Of a stretch of DNA of 64,000 nucleotides, positions 26,881-40,455 are shown piece by piece. The stretch is from the NCBI GenBank assembly GCA_011109175.1, contig RDEW01000082.1, positions 67,876-131,875 of the forward strand. The letters are read 5' to 3'. Below the pieces are notes generated by a model. The model was not told the origin of the DNA and searched no databases. It saw nothing but the letters and a program-made list of their open reading frames with translations. Position 1 is the stretch's first letter. Each line of letters begins with the position of its first letter. This DNA is from Dicyema japonicum (taxonomy: Eukaryota > Animalia > Dicyemida). A program made the translations under genes and the position numbers.

Positions 26881-27533
26881 ATGCGGAACTGGCATCGGAC
26901 AGTATTGTTTCATCATCTAATTTCCTCTTTTGATTTATCAGTGATTTCACTTAGACTGGATAGTCCGGTGATAAATATTGTTGATTTTTAGTAGTCGTCT
27001 TGTACAAATCTTTTCGATAATATCCTTAGATAAGTTAGGAGTGCATCTTAGATGAGGTCTCTTGGGCTGCGATTTTTGTCGGCAGTCAATAACCTCGTTA
27101 AAAATTTTCACGGAGGCATCATTGATTTTAAGTTATAAAGTTGAATGACGTTCAGTAATCTCCTACTTTTTGAGACCCGGAGTTCTGTTGGATGCCAGCA
27201 GCAAGAATTAGGAGGATCCAACCAGATTTTTTGGAGGAAAAACTCTGCACCTGTTCAGTAGTCACCGTCATCCAGTCCGTCTCCCTGAGGTTAAAGAACG
27301 AGGTGATACAAGATTAATTCCGATTCTTTTAGTTTCCGTAGTGAAACTTGTATACAATTTTCGCCATGTGAAATGAACCACAGAAAATCGATTTGACCTA
27401 TAAGTTATGTATGCATTTAAATTACCGTTAAACCATTTCTAAGACCATTTCTAATATTTTATGATGAATTAAATATAATTAATTTAATTAAAAAAAATAT
27501 AATTTTGAAAATAACTGTTCTCTTGTTGTTTTG

Positions 27534-27842
27534 ATGAATACCAAAGTACAAAAAATATCAATTCAGCCAGTGGTTGTAATATAATATTAATAATTTAGAA
27601 TCAACTCTTTAAATGTCTACAGACTGTAACCCACGTGTTAATATTATTAGAGAGCAAAGACAGTGGTAATCCTAACAGATAGTATTTATCATCGTATTGA
27701 AGGCTATATTGTTGGATTTGACGAGTTTATGAACATTGTGTTGGTTGATGCCTTCGAACTCAACACAAAAACATCATCCAGAAAGTCTTTGGGCAGAGTT
27801 CTTCTCAAGGGAGACACCATCAGCATTGTCTACATGGATTAA
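27534..27842 (+). CDS. SNRPE: Small nuclear ribonucleoprotein Sm E
   Basis: Missed by the ORF track. Phase-0 introns 27573-27598 (26 nt) and 27626-27650 (25 nt) give MNTKVQKISIQPV-NQLFKCLQT-RAKTVVILTDSIYHRIEGYIVGFDEFMNIVLVDAFELNTKTSSRKSLGRVLLKGDTISIVYMD*. Confidence 0.95.
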
Positions 27843-28299
27843 TTCTCTTTCTTATTCTTTCTCTGTTTTTATGTAAAATAACCACGTGGTGGTCTTATTT
27901 GCCCTATTTGTCTACCAACATTGGCTTTGATAAAAAATGTCAAATATTAGTTAATCTAGTTTCCCTCTCCCAATTGCCTTCATCATTGATTTTTCAGAGA
28001 ATGTCAACTGAGTAAGCCAAACGAAGTTGTCTAGCAAGAATTCATGACAAACACTATCGAGGGCTCTATATATTAGATATTCGACCTTTAGATGGTACTT
28101 ATAGTCACATGCTCTAACTATCTAAAGTTTAGGTAGGATGATCATTTCCGCAGGTCGGTTCAGAGAGCCCCTTAAACAATGCTCTCTATAATCCTTGGCA
28201 TAAAAAATTTGCCATTTACTCATTGGGCTTTTCTTTGCTTTCTACGGGTTAGATGCCATTCAGATGATTGACAACTTGCAATCGACTGGGATGTGCCAC

Positions 28300-29500
28300 T
28301 TTTTAAATTCTCATAAAACTAGATAAGGAAAAAATAGAAATTCCCAAAATTGTAATTGGTTTTTTAATGGTCTAGGCTTATTTTGAATGGGGATTGCTGT
28401 AGTCACATTGAAAAGTTTCTCAAAATGTGTGGCAATTACCTCCGCTTGCTTTTTAGTATTCAGTAATGTCTTGGCATTTTTGTCTTTGATGATTATTCGT
28501 TCATTCCTGTTTGTGTGGCGCAGTAAACGAGCGGCCATATACATTTGTGAATTATATTTTTGTTTGATACTTTATTGATTTTGCAAAATAGTTCTTTTTG
28601 GTGAAATGTCTTGTTCAGTCTGCTGATTTTTCAACGGATTTGGTCCCTTTGCCTCTAAAGGACTTTTTTCTTGTTATAGTCTTTTTCGTTTAGTTTTTTT
28701 GTATGGATTTCTTTTAACTCCTTTGCTAACTCCTTAACTAGTTCTGTATGTATCGTCCAACCCTTACTGGCCATCTGATGGTACTGGCTTGCTGCTTCGT
28801 TTATTATATACTTTGTGTGATCCCACGAAATTTCTACTGTTGGGTCCTTCAGATGAGAGCAGATGTATTTTTAGTAATTTTTGAGAATACGGTGTCGCAC
28901 AAGAACAGTTTGTTTGCCGTGCAGAAATGGTCAAGTATGGTCGCAGGCAAGTTTATTTTCCCACGTCCGTGTCATCCCATTAAAGTATCTTCTGAATTCT
29001 TTTTTGTTCCGATTTTCGCATTCAGATCGCCAGCAATGAATATCAGTGAGGACGACTCGACTCAGGTTTTTTGCCACTCTTCTACAGTGTGGTGCATATA
29101 CATTTATAATTGTTAGTCAAAATTAAAAATTTATTTATAACAATAAAATCGTTCTAAAGTCCAGCGGATATGATCGAGTGGCTGTTACCTCTGACTACTG
29201 CCAGGGATATCCTTTGGAAAAGCCACTCGGTTTCCCGACGCTCCCTCGAGGCTTTGGTCAATAGACACCCAAGTGCTCTAAGGAAAGAGACCGTCTTGGG
29301 GCCAAAGACTCCGCTCGTCTCGACGACCACTGGCTGTACATGGAAACTTGTTAGTCTATTTTTAGTGGAACATTGGTTGTTCAGATGGATCTGTATTATG
29401 CAGATCCTGTCATTCACCCGCCAAATGCGACTGATGTCAGATGATAGTTTTTTTGTGAATGGCAAATCCATGACCTTAGTGTTTTGAGTCACTGGGTAGG
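28300..29500 (-). mobile_element. RTE-clade LINE (endonuclease to linker) with a nested CRE insertion
   Basis: RICIIQI..RLTIINVYAP (rebuilt across the insertion), IAGDLNAKIG and AEVIATHFEKLFN. Confidence 0.75.
29119..29347 (-). mobile_element. 5'-truncated CRE-clade insertion with a 9-bp TSD
   Basis: VQPVVVETSGVFGP..WLFQRISLAVVRGNS, with TSD TTGTTAGTC at 29110-29118 and 29348-29356. Confidence 0.85.
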
Positions 29501-29829
29501 CATATTAATCGATATTTTTCATGGTTTTCATCGAGATAGTACGTAATTTTCGTCTCTTGTATACAGCCAATAGAAACGTTATATTTTTCTAGGTCATCGC
29601 AGTGTATTTCTTGACTAAGGCTTAGATATTTCTCTAGCATTGAACGTAAGAAGCTTTAGGGCAAGCATATTCTTTTGTATCTTGTGCTTTCTAGACATTT
29701 TTATTAACCGTTGTACAGAGAAGAAACGAGGCACGTCACCACCTTATGACTCCTTGTGAGATAAATAAAAGTAATGTTCTAATGAGAGGCCAAATTAACG
29801 TAAAAATTTACTTTACTTTAATTTTTTTA

Positions 29830-30380
29830 TTTAACCTTAAGATCACCAGGACAGATAGGTCAAACTAATTAGGTGATCCCAGCCTCCAACATCCGAACTC
29901 TCTTCATTTGGTCTTCTGATGATCCAACCGCATTCCGGAAGCGCCTTCTCTTCCTTCTGCAAAGAAATTCAATCGACGTGCACTTTTTTATTACCAACGA
30001 AATTTTTCTGCATGGGCTATTTTTTACTTCAGTGGGTTTTCCTTGGCCATTCTTCAACATTGCCTTTTCAGAAACGAGGCCGCTAATGGGGATGTCCGTG
30101 TGGTGCATAATTTTCCGCCTGAGGGAGTTCAAACGGTCCACTCTCGAAGAGGGATTCGCAAATCTCCAGGCGGAGCAGGCATATTCAATGGTAGGTACGA
30201 TGACTTGTTGATAGACCTTGCTGACGCAAGCAGCAGGGGGGAAGGGGTCTTCTTTATCATCCCATTCAGAATGTTCCATTTCCGAAAATTCTTGGCAAGC
30301 ATCTCCTTCATATAAAGAGAGGGAACGTCTTTTGTTTTTCTGGGCTTTAGAATTGGCGTAATCAGGGAGTTTTTCCATAT
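29830..30380 (-). mobile_element. LINE 3' fragment (post-RT region)
   Basis: VYQQVIVPTIEYACSAW. Same family at 38747-39070 and 56560-57090. Confidence 0.75.
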
Positions 30381-30589
30381 ATTAGGTAGCTTATGGTAGT
30401 TGATAGAGTCGTTGTACAGTCTTGATAGTATGGCCCGTACCTGAGGTCCAAGGTGTTTGAGGTGAATAGTGCAAATACCGTCGGGACCACAAGCACGAGT
30501 GGGACGTAGAATTTAATAGCCTTGTCAACATCATGGAGGGGTGAAGAAGATGGAATACGGTTATTGTTGCGGAAATGAAAATCGAAAAT

Positions 30590-32330
30590 CGGCACTCATG
30601 GGTTGACAAACTTTCAATCCAAGTCTGATGGAGACTCCGGTGCGGACCGTTTCATCGTCTCGGTGAGTTCCCACGTTTCCAATGGGTAGGGCATTGATCT
30701 AAGCCCCGCTCCACTCGCATCTTGCAGTTAAAAGACAGGCTCGTCGGTGTTGGTTACATATTTTCAAAAGCCTCTCGTATTTATCCTCGCAGACAGACTC
30801 ATAAAGGTCTCTCTGCCCGGTTGTTTGACTTTAGGGTGTACCAAATCTTCGATCTTTGACGACTCTGATGGGAGCTGGAGAATCATCATGATCAAATTCT
30901 GATTGGAGTCCAGTGAGGATTGATATGCCGGGTGTGCTAAATCAGATGGTGAGAGAATTCCGAGTCCAGCAAAGCGAACGGGCAAGGTCGCTTGTTCCCA
31001 TCCTTGTTCGTCGAATTCGACATTAGTAATACGTTCTGTCGTAGACCGGAATAGGGAGTCAATCGCCCCGAGTTGTTGCATTTTCAGGTAACATGGAGCT
31101 CCTCGAAGGACGTAATTTAATTTCTGCGTGGAAAAAGCGTTTTTCATGAGAAAAAGAGAGGTATGTGCATCCAGCATCCCAAGGCGTAAAAAGGTTTTTC
31201 TTAGTTGCTGTTCTTTAGCCAACAGAGTGTCGTTAATTCCAGTTTCAGCCAGAGGGCATCCAAGTATTTCCAAATGATCCGGCTCGATTTCCGATTTTAG
31301 GAATAAACCCCCGAAACATTAATAGGATCTGATTCCATTCATATCGGGAGAATCCATAATTAACAATTTCGCATTTGGATGCGTTTAGCATTAAACCAAG
31401 CGTATCCAATTGGGTTAGTAATCTCTGTAGACAGTCATATACATTGTTAGGATGATTCCCAGGGTACAATCATCCAAATACCACACGTTCAGCGGAGTAG
31501 TAAGGCATCTCATGACACGGTCGACACCGAGCAGAACAGTGCCGGTCCTAGTAGGTCTCCTTGCTGAACCACACGACGAGGGAATGAAGTATTTCCCATG
31601 TACAAGACTGGACGGTTTTCCATACGAACAATGAACATAATTATATATAGACGGGTAATGGGTAAGACAATCTTCCAAAATTACATCGCGTCGTATGGTA
31701 TTGAAGGCGTTTTTTATGTCAATCTTGAGGACCACACAGGGCATGTTCGTTCTGTTTCCAGTAAACATCCGAACGGCATGAACCGCCGCATCACATCCAC
31801 CAGGAGTACCGACCCCTACTTGGGTTGGTCGCATTTGTTTGACAAGCATCGGAAGGATTGCTCTGCTAGCAAGTTTAGAAGCCATCAACGAAAAACAAAC
31901 CCAAAGCAATAGGACGAATTCCTCCTCCACATTTATCAAAGGCAATTAACTTGGCGGAAAACATAATATGACGGATTGCTTCTGGTAATCTTCCGGAAAG
32001 CATTCTGTTGATTAACCTCGTTATAGCCGATAATAGCCGAACACCAGAGTTCCCCGTATTCTGATCAATTAGGTCTTTTAGGTGTCCTGGACGGAGTCCG
32101 TCAAGTCCCCACTGCTGCTTGGGGCGAATGAGAGATCGCATCTTTCACGTCCCCCTCAGAAATAATCAGACTAGGTAATTCTCCAGAGCAAGTAGGGATC
32201 TGTTCGTCCACTGGCGGACCTACTCATTTATAAGGATATTGATCCTTCTTAGCGATTTCCATAATGTGGCACAAGAGTTCTTGTGACATAGTCGTCCAAC
32301 AAGGCGGCTCCATTTGAGTCTGTTGTTAGT
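30590..32330 (-). mobile_element. CRE-clade retrotransposon, RT region (frameshifted)
   Basis: GLDGLRPGHLKDL, KCGGGIRPIALG, QVGVGTPGGCDAAVHA, LKIDIKNAFNTIRR, WYLDD and QATLPVRFAGLGI. Confidence 0.92.
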
Positions 32331-32559
32331 TCATAATAAGTTCAGATAATTTGGTATTCAGTGAACGTATGGAATAGAAGGAGTTATTGGTCAGCAATCT
32401 ATTCTTCTTCAGCGCATCTCGCTTCTTGATGAGTGACACTATTTGCGATGATAATCTTGGAATTAACTTCCTGTAAGAGGCGACAGGTATAAATAGTTTA
32501 TCATCTTTTAAGATGATAGCAGACAGAATCTTGCCGTCTTATCTACTCTACAATTATCC

Positions 32560-33350
32560 ATGGTAAGGTCAAGGAGACTATTGTCCACATACGCTCTGAA
32601 ACCTAGCCAAAAAGCTTTCAAGTAACTTTTTGAACTTTGTAGAACAAAACGGTAAACAAATAGGCCTTCTTTGTCTCAACACAATGGGGTTATGGTCGCT
32701 TGAGAAACCATAACGAACATTCCATAAAATACATCAAGCAGAGGAACAGGTCCAGGGATGTTGGAATGTCTCTTCTGCGGGACGTGGTCCTTGTGTGAGC
32801 GTCATGGTCATTGAGGATAATCAAAGTATTAAGTAAAGAGAGGATGAACGCGCCATGATGTCGACTGATTGTGTCCGGAGCCAGAAAGGATGTTTGGCAT
32901 TTAGGTCTCGCATAGTAGCAGATCCTTTAGTCTACACAGTTTCAATAGGTCTGGGATGTAAAAAGTAGTACATGATCCCTGAGCGGGATATAGACATTAC
33001 ATAGTGTAAAACATCTCGTAGAAGAAAATAGAAATCTGTTCCAGAATAAGATCCCCTTTGCAGAGAAAAGGTATAGAATGGGTGGCATAGTCAAAAGATC
33101 CGTCCTGTCAATCAAAAGACCACTCAATCTCATTATGTGAACGAACTAAGTTAATTTCTAAAAATTTTGGAACGGGGTAGTTGGTAGGCTACCTACTTAA
33201 GATCGCAGGAAGGGAAGGAAAGGTGAACGGTTCTCTTCCATGCAGAACTAGCACTGAACGCCACCACTACAACAGTTGAACCTCATGACGCCAAGTTTTT
33301 TGCTAGTTATGGAATGGCCACGTTTGCAGGAAATCTCTAGGTCCACAAGA
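32560..33350 (-). mobile_element. APE-type LINE 5' region, inverted partner of 35480-36125
   Basis: Shares RCFTLCNVYIP..GSCTT and the 33200-33340 block with 35500-35640 in reverse complement. SDHNPI near 32690. Confidence 0.7.
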
Positions 33351-34031
33351 TTAATATATCCAAATAGCCTCCATCTTGACTACAAGAGCCCCATGAGATT
33401 GAAAGTTAAGAAGGAACAGATTAGTCCTTGAATAAAATTTATGAATGATATATTTTGCTTAATTAATAATCACCTTTATTTATAATGGCGACTGGAAAAT
33501 GTCAAATTTTTCCAAAATAGCAAAAAATACCAGTATATTTTTTGGAAAAAAAGTAGAACAAAATTGATTATTAAATGTATTATTATCAAATGCAAATTAT
33601 GGGATTTTTATTAACCATTGGACGTTGTATAAGAGTCACACATCATTTAATTTCACAAAAGGTCGAGAAAATGATACTAAAGCCAAGGAAAATTGTTGGA
33701 TAGCATAATTCTCCATCTTCTCCACTTCGCTCTTTCTGAGATGTACTCAGAACCATAGATTTGCAGCAACGCAAAGTCGCATACTTATTCCTGAAGGATT
33801 CGCACAATTATTGCTGATCGCAGGAATTCTCATGAGATTTGATTCTTTTGACGAAACCGATCACAACATTAGCTATCTTAGATAAAGCCATATTATGTAA
33901 AATTTAGGTGTCCTGTAATCAAAAGACCAGTCAATCTCATTATGTGAACGAACTAAGTTAATTCCTAAAAATTTGGCACATTTTTTAAATTTCTGAAAAT
34001 AAATTTCATATAAATCAGATTTCGCTTCACA

Positions 34032-35298
34032 ATGAGTATGCTATACTTTTATATTCTTTTTTTTGACTGTTCAGGTAATGATTGGTTTCATTATGGTAAA
34101 TCAATTTTAATACTTTTAATAGATACAAATGAAATACAGGCTAACTTTGAAGGTCATGGCTATTTTTTCCCTAGCGTTGCAGCTTTTCAAACAAAAATAA
34201 AGTATTCATGTAATGATGACTATTATTTGGCAATTATTAATAGCCAAGCAGAACTTGAGTTTTTATCTTGTATGGTTTTAGAATTATTAAAATAGCTCTA
34301 ATAAACAAATGTTTTTGGATAGACGGACGAATGTTGAATGGTTCATATGTTTTATTTAATGGGTCTTCTATGGTTTGGAATTTTAATTATCATCAAGCCT
34401 TATTATACACGTACAAGTGGTTATAATCCCAATAAAATATACGGATTTTTTGTAGATCCCTGTTCTAGAGAAATGCGAATTAGAGAATACCACATAGTGA
34501 TGTTTGTTGCGTGCGAAAAAAGTTTGATATATTTTTAGTTTCAGATTCCATGATTCCTGGAGCTAAGACTGTTTCAAATGAATTTGGTCACGAAACCCAG
34601 AATAAAGGGGTATATCAATACATTGAAACAGGTTATATTGGTACAATAAGACGTTCACAATATTTTTACTACAATGAGCGCATCTATATGATATTTATGC
34701 AATATTTGAATATTACTGAAATTATTAATGAATGCAAAAAAGAATATGCTTTACCTGTCTCGATTAATGATCAATTAGAAAATGATTTTGTTCGTGGTAT
34801 TTTATATAAATATAAACTTAGCAATTATATCCGAACGCGTATTTATTAATACATTCGTTGGACTGGGTTATCATAATTGGGATTCTATCAAGGATAAAAA
34901 AAAAGTGCTAGACTCTGGAACTCCTTATGGAGCAGTTATGGACCTTTGTACCGGTAAATGGAAAGCTGTTCTGACACTAGTAAAGGTCATTTCGGACTAT
35001 GTCAGTCAAGTTTGGTTCTTTGTCAATTATTAAAGATCACCCGGAAACATTAAGGCAATTGGAACACTTTTTTGATTTTCGTTTAGATTTTTTGAACACA
35101 TCGGAGAATACATCTGTATCTGAGTTTAACAAAAGTAAAAATAATTTAAACAAGGTTTTTAATATTAATATTTAGTTGGTCAAAATTTTCTGTGGAATTT
35201 TTTTCTCCAGTTTCGTCTTTCTGTCGTCGTTTATTTACTTAGTTAATAAAAATTTAAAAAATGACATATTAAACTTAGTTTTCCCAACGAACCAATAA
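34032..35298 (+). CDS. Tandem C-type-lectin-like domain type I membrane protein, paralog 3
   Basis: Same seven micro-intron positions (21-27 nt). TM LVKIFCGIFFSSFVFLSSFIYLV and tail ending TNQ*. One missing T near 34969. Confidence 0.78.
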
Positions 35299-35479
35299 TT
35301 ATAATTCCTTGATAATCACTTAAATAATTCTCGATTCCATGTTAAGTTTTATTTTATTAACAATAAATAGCCCAAATAATTATGTCAGAAAGCACTAAAT
35401 CAATGAAATAAGTTTCATTCGAATCACCTTTTCTTGCATAAAAAATTTCTACGATTGTGGAATCCAATTCTAAACCCCT

Positions 35480-36125
35480 GGAGGCTATTTGGAAATACAA
35501 TTCTTGTGGACCTATAGATTTCCCGCAAACGTGCCCATTCCATAACTAGCAAAAACTTGGCGTCTTGATGTTCACCTGTTGTTGTGGTGGCGTTCAGTGC
35601 AAGTTCTGCATGGAATTGAACCGTTCGACTTTCCTCACCTTTCTGCGATCTTCAGAAGGGTGGCCTACCAACTACCCCGTCTTCTCTTTACTACTTCTGT
35701 CTAGTGATGTAGAACCTATTCCGGGACTCAACTGCACGCTGACTATTCTACAATTAAATGTAAATAGAATCCGCAATATAGTGTTGGATTTACGATCCCT
35801 CTTATCCCATTTGAGAATAGAAGTTCCTATTTCGTCCCCAACACCTTGTTATCTTAAATATTGTGTACTTCGCAGGGACCGATCAAGAAATCTCGGAGGA
35901 GGATTATTGACTATCGTTAAGGATGGGACTTAAATTTACGGATGTCACCCCTTTTGTACCTTCTTTCTGCGAAGGGGATCTTTTTCTGGAACAGATTTCT
36001 ATTGAAGTCCCGTTTTCTTCTACGAGATGTTTTACACTATGTAATGTCTATATCCCGCCTCAGGGATCATGTACTACTTCCTACATCCCTGACCTATTTA
36101 TGACATTACTTCTTATGTCTTTTAA
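35480..36125 (+). mobile_element. APE-type LINE 5' region
   Basis: LLLLSSDVEPIPG, LTILQLNVN and RRDRSRNLGGGLLTIVK. Confidence 0.75.
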
Positions 36126-36129
36126 AACA

Positions 36130-37330
36130 CTGAGGTACCTATAGCTATCATTCCCATCAAGACATTTCACTTCATTCATGGATTCAAGAAAGGTTGCCGA
36201 ATTCGAAATAATATATCTTTTTCATCATTATATCAATCATATCTTCTTTCTCCGCAGATATCTTCATATTATCGCCACATAATAAATAATTTGTTGAATA
36301 CTTACCACTGGCAAATAGATAATTTTTAAAACTTATTCTGGATTTTGCACAACGGATCCATTACTAAAGCAAAAAAGTGGAAAAACAGTGAGTCTCCCTG
36401 GAGTATTCCACGCTTCAATTCTACTGTCTAATCCTTTCCATGTTTAAGTTTACGATTATCTCCATTCAGGTAGTTAGACTCTTCACGAAATATCTTATCC
36501 AACTTGGAAGCCCCGGGCATTCCACATTGCACAAAAAATCGTGGTAGACTGAATGTTTTCTTAACGTCGATCCAAGTTGAAATAAATTATGCTCTCCTCG
36601 ATTCATGAATTGTGAGTTTTTTTTTCTAGTACACTTATTTTGTGAGTAATGCACCTACTCTGGTAAATTCTTCTTTTCATGAGTTCTTATAAGAAGTTTA
36701 TTTATCATATTTACATATCCTCATTACACTGGCCTTTCAAGTCATTAAGGAGAAACAGATTTTCATTAAATACGGCTATCCACTTTTCGGTAGAATATTC
36801 TGTTTGTATAATAATTTGAGATGAGAAAGTTAAGATACTGGAGATCTAGCAAATGTCTTGAGGATCCCCATCTTTTTTTTGAACTCTTGAAATTAATGTG
36901 TCCACATGATGTGTGAACATCATCAACGGGTCATATGTAACTTTAAGGATTGATGGGTTCTTATTAACTGGGATAAGCTCTCCATTCAAGTTAATTTAGG
37001 ATCGAAAGATGTATGTTTCTTGTAGAAGGAGATAATCGCAGTGCTCGACTTACCAGGGGATATTTTCATGTGGTTTTTGAGAAACCATGGGTTCATAATG
37101 TCGAGGGTCTTCTGAACCCTTCGTGCTGCTTCATTATGCATTCCACCATGAACTCTAAAATATAAAAATGCGATCAGCCTCTTTACAAGATTGCACGCGC
37201 AGTCGGTTATCGTCGAGAAATGTAAAGTTTTCTCTTTCTTAAGATCACTTGGGTCAATGACATCGAAAGTGACCTGTAAGCGTCAGGCAATTGTATTACT
37301 GTTCCACAAAATTTCTCTGTCAATCTAAGG
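36130..37330 (-). mobile_element. R4/Dong-like RT remnant
   Basis: HDFLCNVECPGLPSWIRYFVKSL. Homologous in inverse orientation to 45600-46440. Confidence 0.6.
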
Positions 37331-37639
37331 AAGGAACGCAAAAAAGAATGTCTGTTTGTGCCAATTTAATCCTCCGATAGTCAATTGAGAGGTTGAGAGG
37401 TAGGCGCACCCTCTTCCTTTTTAATTATCTTTCATAACGGAAAATCTTCACCAGTGGATTTTGTCAAGGAGAGGGTAGGAAGATTCCTTTCAACAACTGT
37501 TTTGTGCCAGAAGGACTCGTTGTCTGAATTAATTTTATTTTGTGTGGTACACAATAAGGAGTCTACCCAATTTCTTATCATAGAGGTTGGCATCACGTCT
37601 CAACACCGTTTGCAGGCTGTGGAGGTGGAGAAAAAAGGA

Positions 37640-38740
37640 AGTATGACTTGCTTGCAAACGAGATGGGGCAGATGCTTGGTTGCAAGGTCCTTGTTATTTC
37701 TATAGAAATGACGTGGGAAAAAATTGCAAAAAAGTACCACAAGGGTTATCTGAAGCAGTTGGGGGTAGATAGGAATCTCCAGGCCTATCTACTGTATTAA
37801 AGCGGACCCTAGAGAGCATGACAGTGGAGTTTAGGAGGCAGAGCCCAGAGATCCCATATGGGCAGAGGATTCAATTGGACAAGGCAGAATCGAACTTGCC
37901 TGAGGAGGCTGGCGAACAGGCAGGCGAGGAAGGTTGTTGATTATTAAATATTAACTTTTTATTGTTGGTTAAACAAAGTGGGGTTTAAAGTTGATAAAGA
38001 AACAAATGTTAATTGAGGAATCCTGCTGTGTAAATGAGTTCCCTTTGGAGTATGGCTACTCCAATCCTTCTTCTAAGCCAGAACTTTTATCGTTGATCCC
38101 CTCTTTTCTCCAAGTTCTCGCAAGAACTCAGCCGTCATTAAACCAACGGCCCCTGATGACTCGACCGCAACAGGAGTAAAGCAGTACCGGTCTCCGAGGC
38201 AATAATATTTTTTGATTTTTAGGGTTTCAGCTATTGAAACAGCTGCTCCAAATGTCTGAATCGATTAAAGGAGGTTCCAGCTTCGTGTCTCGATCCAAAC
38301 TCACGGGTTCAAGCTGTGATGGGAAGCCTGTCTGAACGATAACATCTTTCAGAACGGCGTGACGTGGTACTCTTCCGGAACTTTTCTGCATCAGCAGGAC
38401 AGCGGGTGTAATTCCTTCGCATCGATTATTTTTACGCAGCGGCATCGGTGCTTTTAGCAAACAACTAGTCCTACCTTTTGTCCGAATCCAATCCTCAAAA
38501 TTCGTAGTCCGAATTAGTCCTTTAGTTAGGGCAAGTTATTCCACCAAACCATGCTACTTAATATTTGTGTCCCCTTGTAGCTTTTGTCTTAGTTCGATAA
38601 TAAAACTTGAAAAATACTCTCCAACGTATTTTTTAAATAAATTAAAGTAATTCAGAAAAAAGTGGAGTTACTGGGAATCGAACCCAGGACCTCCCGCATG
38701 CTAACAGGCGCTTTACCACTAAGTCAAATCCCCTTTTTGT
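37640..38740 (-). repeat. Inverted segmental duplicate of about 18900-20320
   Basis: tRNA, AT spacer, CRE fragment and R4-like fragment occur in the same order in reverse complement. Confidence 0.9.
38663..38733 (-). pseudogene. tRNA-Ala(AGC) pseudogene
   Basis: 71-nt copy with acceptor-stem mismatches (GGGGATT/TAACTCC), a D-stem mismatch and a 1-nt deletion in the anticodon stem. Confidence 0.85.
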
Positions 38741-39184
38741 TAAATCAAAAACGTAGGAAACCCTGGTTATTTTTCAACGTCGACTTTTCTTAAAGCAGAC
38801 TGGGGACGGATGTGAAGTCTAATTATATGTGCATCATGATCTTCAGTCTGAGAGAATTCACACGCTCCACCCTCGTAGAAGGAATGGAAAATCTCCAGGC
38901 AGAACAGGCATATTCAATTGTCGGCGCAATAACTTGGAGAAATAGTTTGCTGATACAAGCAGTAGGAGGGAAGGAGCTCTTCTTTAAGATGGCTTTTAGG
39001 AAGTTAAAAATTAAAATATATTTTTGTAAAATTAAATAAAATTTCTAAATTATTTTAATGATTTTAGTTTAAAACGTTAATTAAAAACCATCCCCAGTAA
39101 ATCATATTTGTATTCCGCGGAAAAAAATAAAACTTTACATGAAATCGAGAATTGATTAGTGAATTGAGAAATTATAAATATTGG

Positions 39185-40455
39185 TTAGTGAGGGGAACTA
39201 CGATTAATATGCCAGATAGATTTTTTAGAAACAATGTAAAATACCAACGACAGAACGAATAAAATGGAGAAAAAGATTCCACAGAAAATATAGAACAACT
39301 TTAACTGATGGTAGTAAATATTAATAATAAAAAACCTTTTTTAAATTCTCTTTACTTTTGTTGAACTCATTTAAAGATGTAGGCCTTGATATGTTCAAAA
39401 AATCTAATTGAAAAGAAAATTTTTTCCACACTCGCTTGATTATTTCCGGGTGATCTTTAATAATTGACAAAGAACCAAACTAGACTCACATAATCCGAAT
39501 TGTTTTTCACTAGGAACAGAAACAGGTCTCCATTTACCGGTACAAAGGTCCATAACTGCTGGATAAGGAGTTCCAGAGTCTAGCACCATTGATTTAACTT
39601 CATCAGATTCCCAATTTTGATAACCCCTTTCATCTGGAGCTCTAATAAATGAGTTTGCGAACATAATTTCTGATTTTATATTTATAGAATTACTGCGAAC
39701 AAAATCATTTTCTAATTGATTTTTAATCCATAAAAGAGAAGCATAGTTTTTTTTGCATTCTTCGATTATTTCATTAATATTATCATGTTTCATTATTTTC
39801 ATATAGATGTTGCCATTGTAGTAAAAATATTGTACTCATAGGCTTGTACTATATAACCTGTTTCAATGTATGAATTTTAGCCTTTTTATTGGTTGTGTGA
39901 GCAAAATTAGCCGCATTGGAAGTGTTAGCTCTAGGAATACTGGTATCTGAAACTAAAAATATTTCATACTCTTTTCGCACACTATAAACATATGATTATG
40001 GTAGTCTTGAACTCGCATTTCTTCAGAACAGGGATCTACAAAAAATCCGTTTGTGTTATTGGGATTATAATCACTTGCGCGTGTATAATAAAGCTTGGTG
40101 ATAATTAAAATTTTTAACCATAGGAGATCCATCAAATAAAACATATGTACCATTAAATATTTGTCCGTCTACCCAAAAAAGTTTGTTTATTAGAGCTATT
40201 TTAATAATTCTAAATCCATACAAGATAAAAACTCAAGTTCAGCTTGGCTATTAATGATCGCAATATAATATTCATGTGAAACACAATATGACCTTGATCG
40301 TTTTTGATTAGCTACAACGTTAGAAAGTAAATAGCCATGATCTTCAAAGTTCACCTCTATATTATTTTTTTCTATTAAAATGTCAAAATTGATTTACCAA
40401 AATAAATCGTGTTATAACCCGAACAGTCAAAAAAGAGAATATATAAGTATAACAT
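39185..40455 (-). CDS. Tandem C-type-lectin-like domain type I membrane protein, paralog 4
   Basis: Same intron positions (23-31 nt). MLYLYILFFDCSG signal peptide and TM LFYIFCGIFFSILFVLSLVFYIVS. Two single-base shifts in the inter-domain linker at about 39830-39890. Confidence 0.75.
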
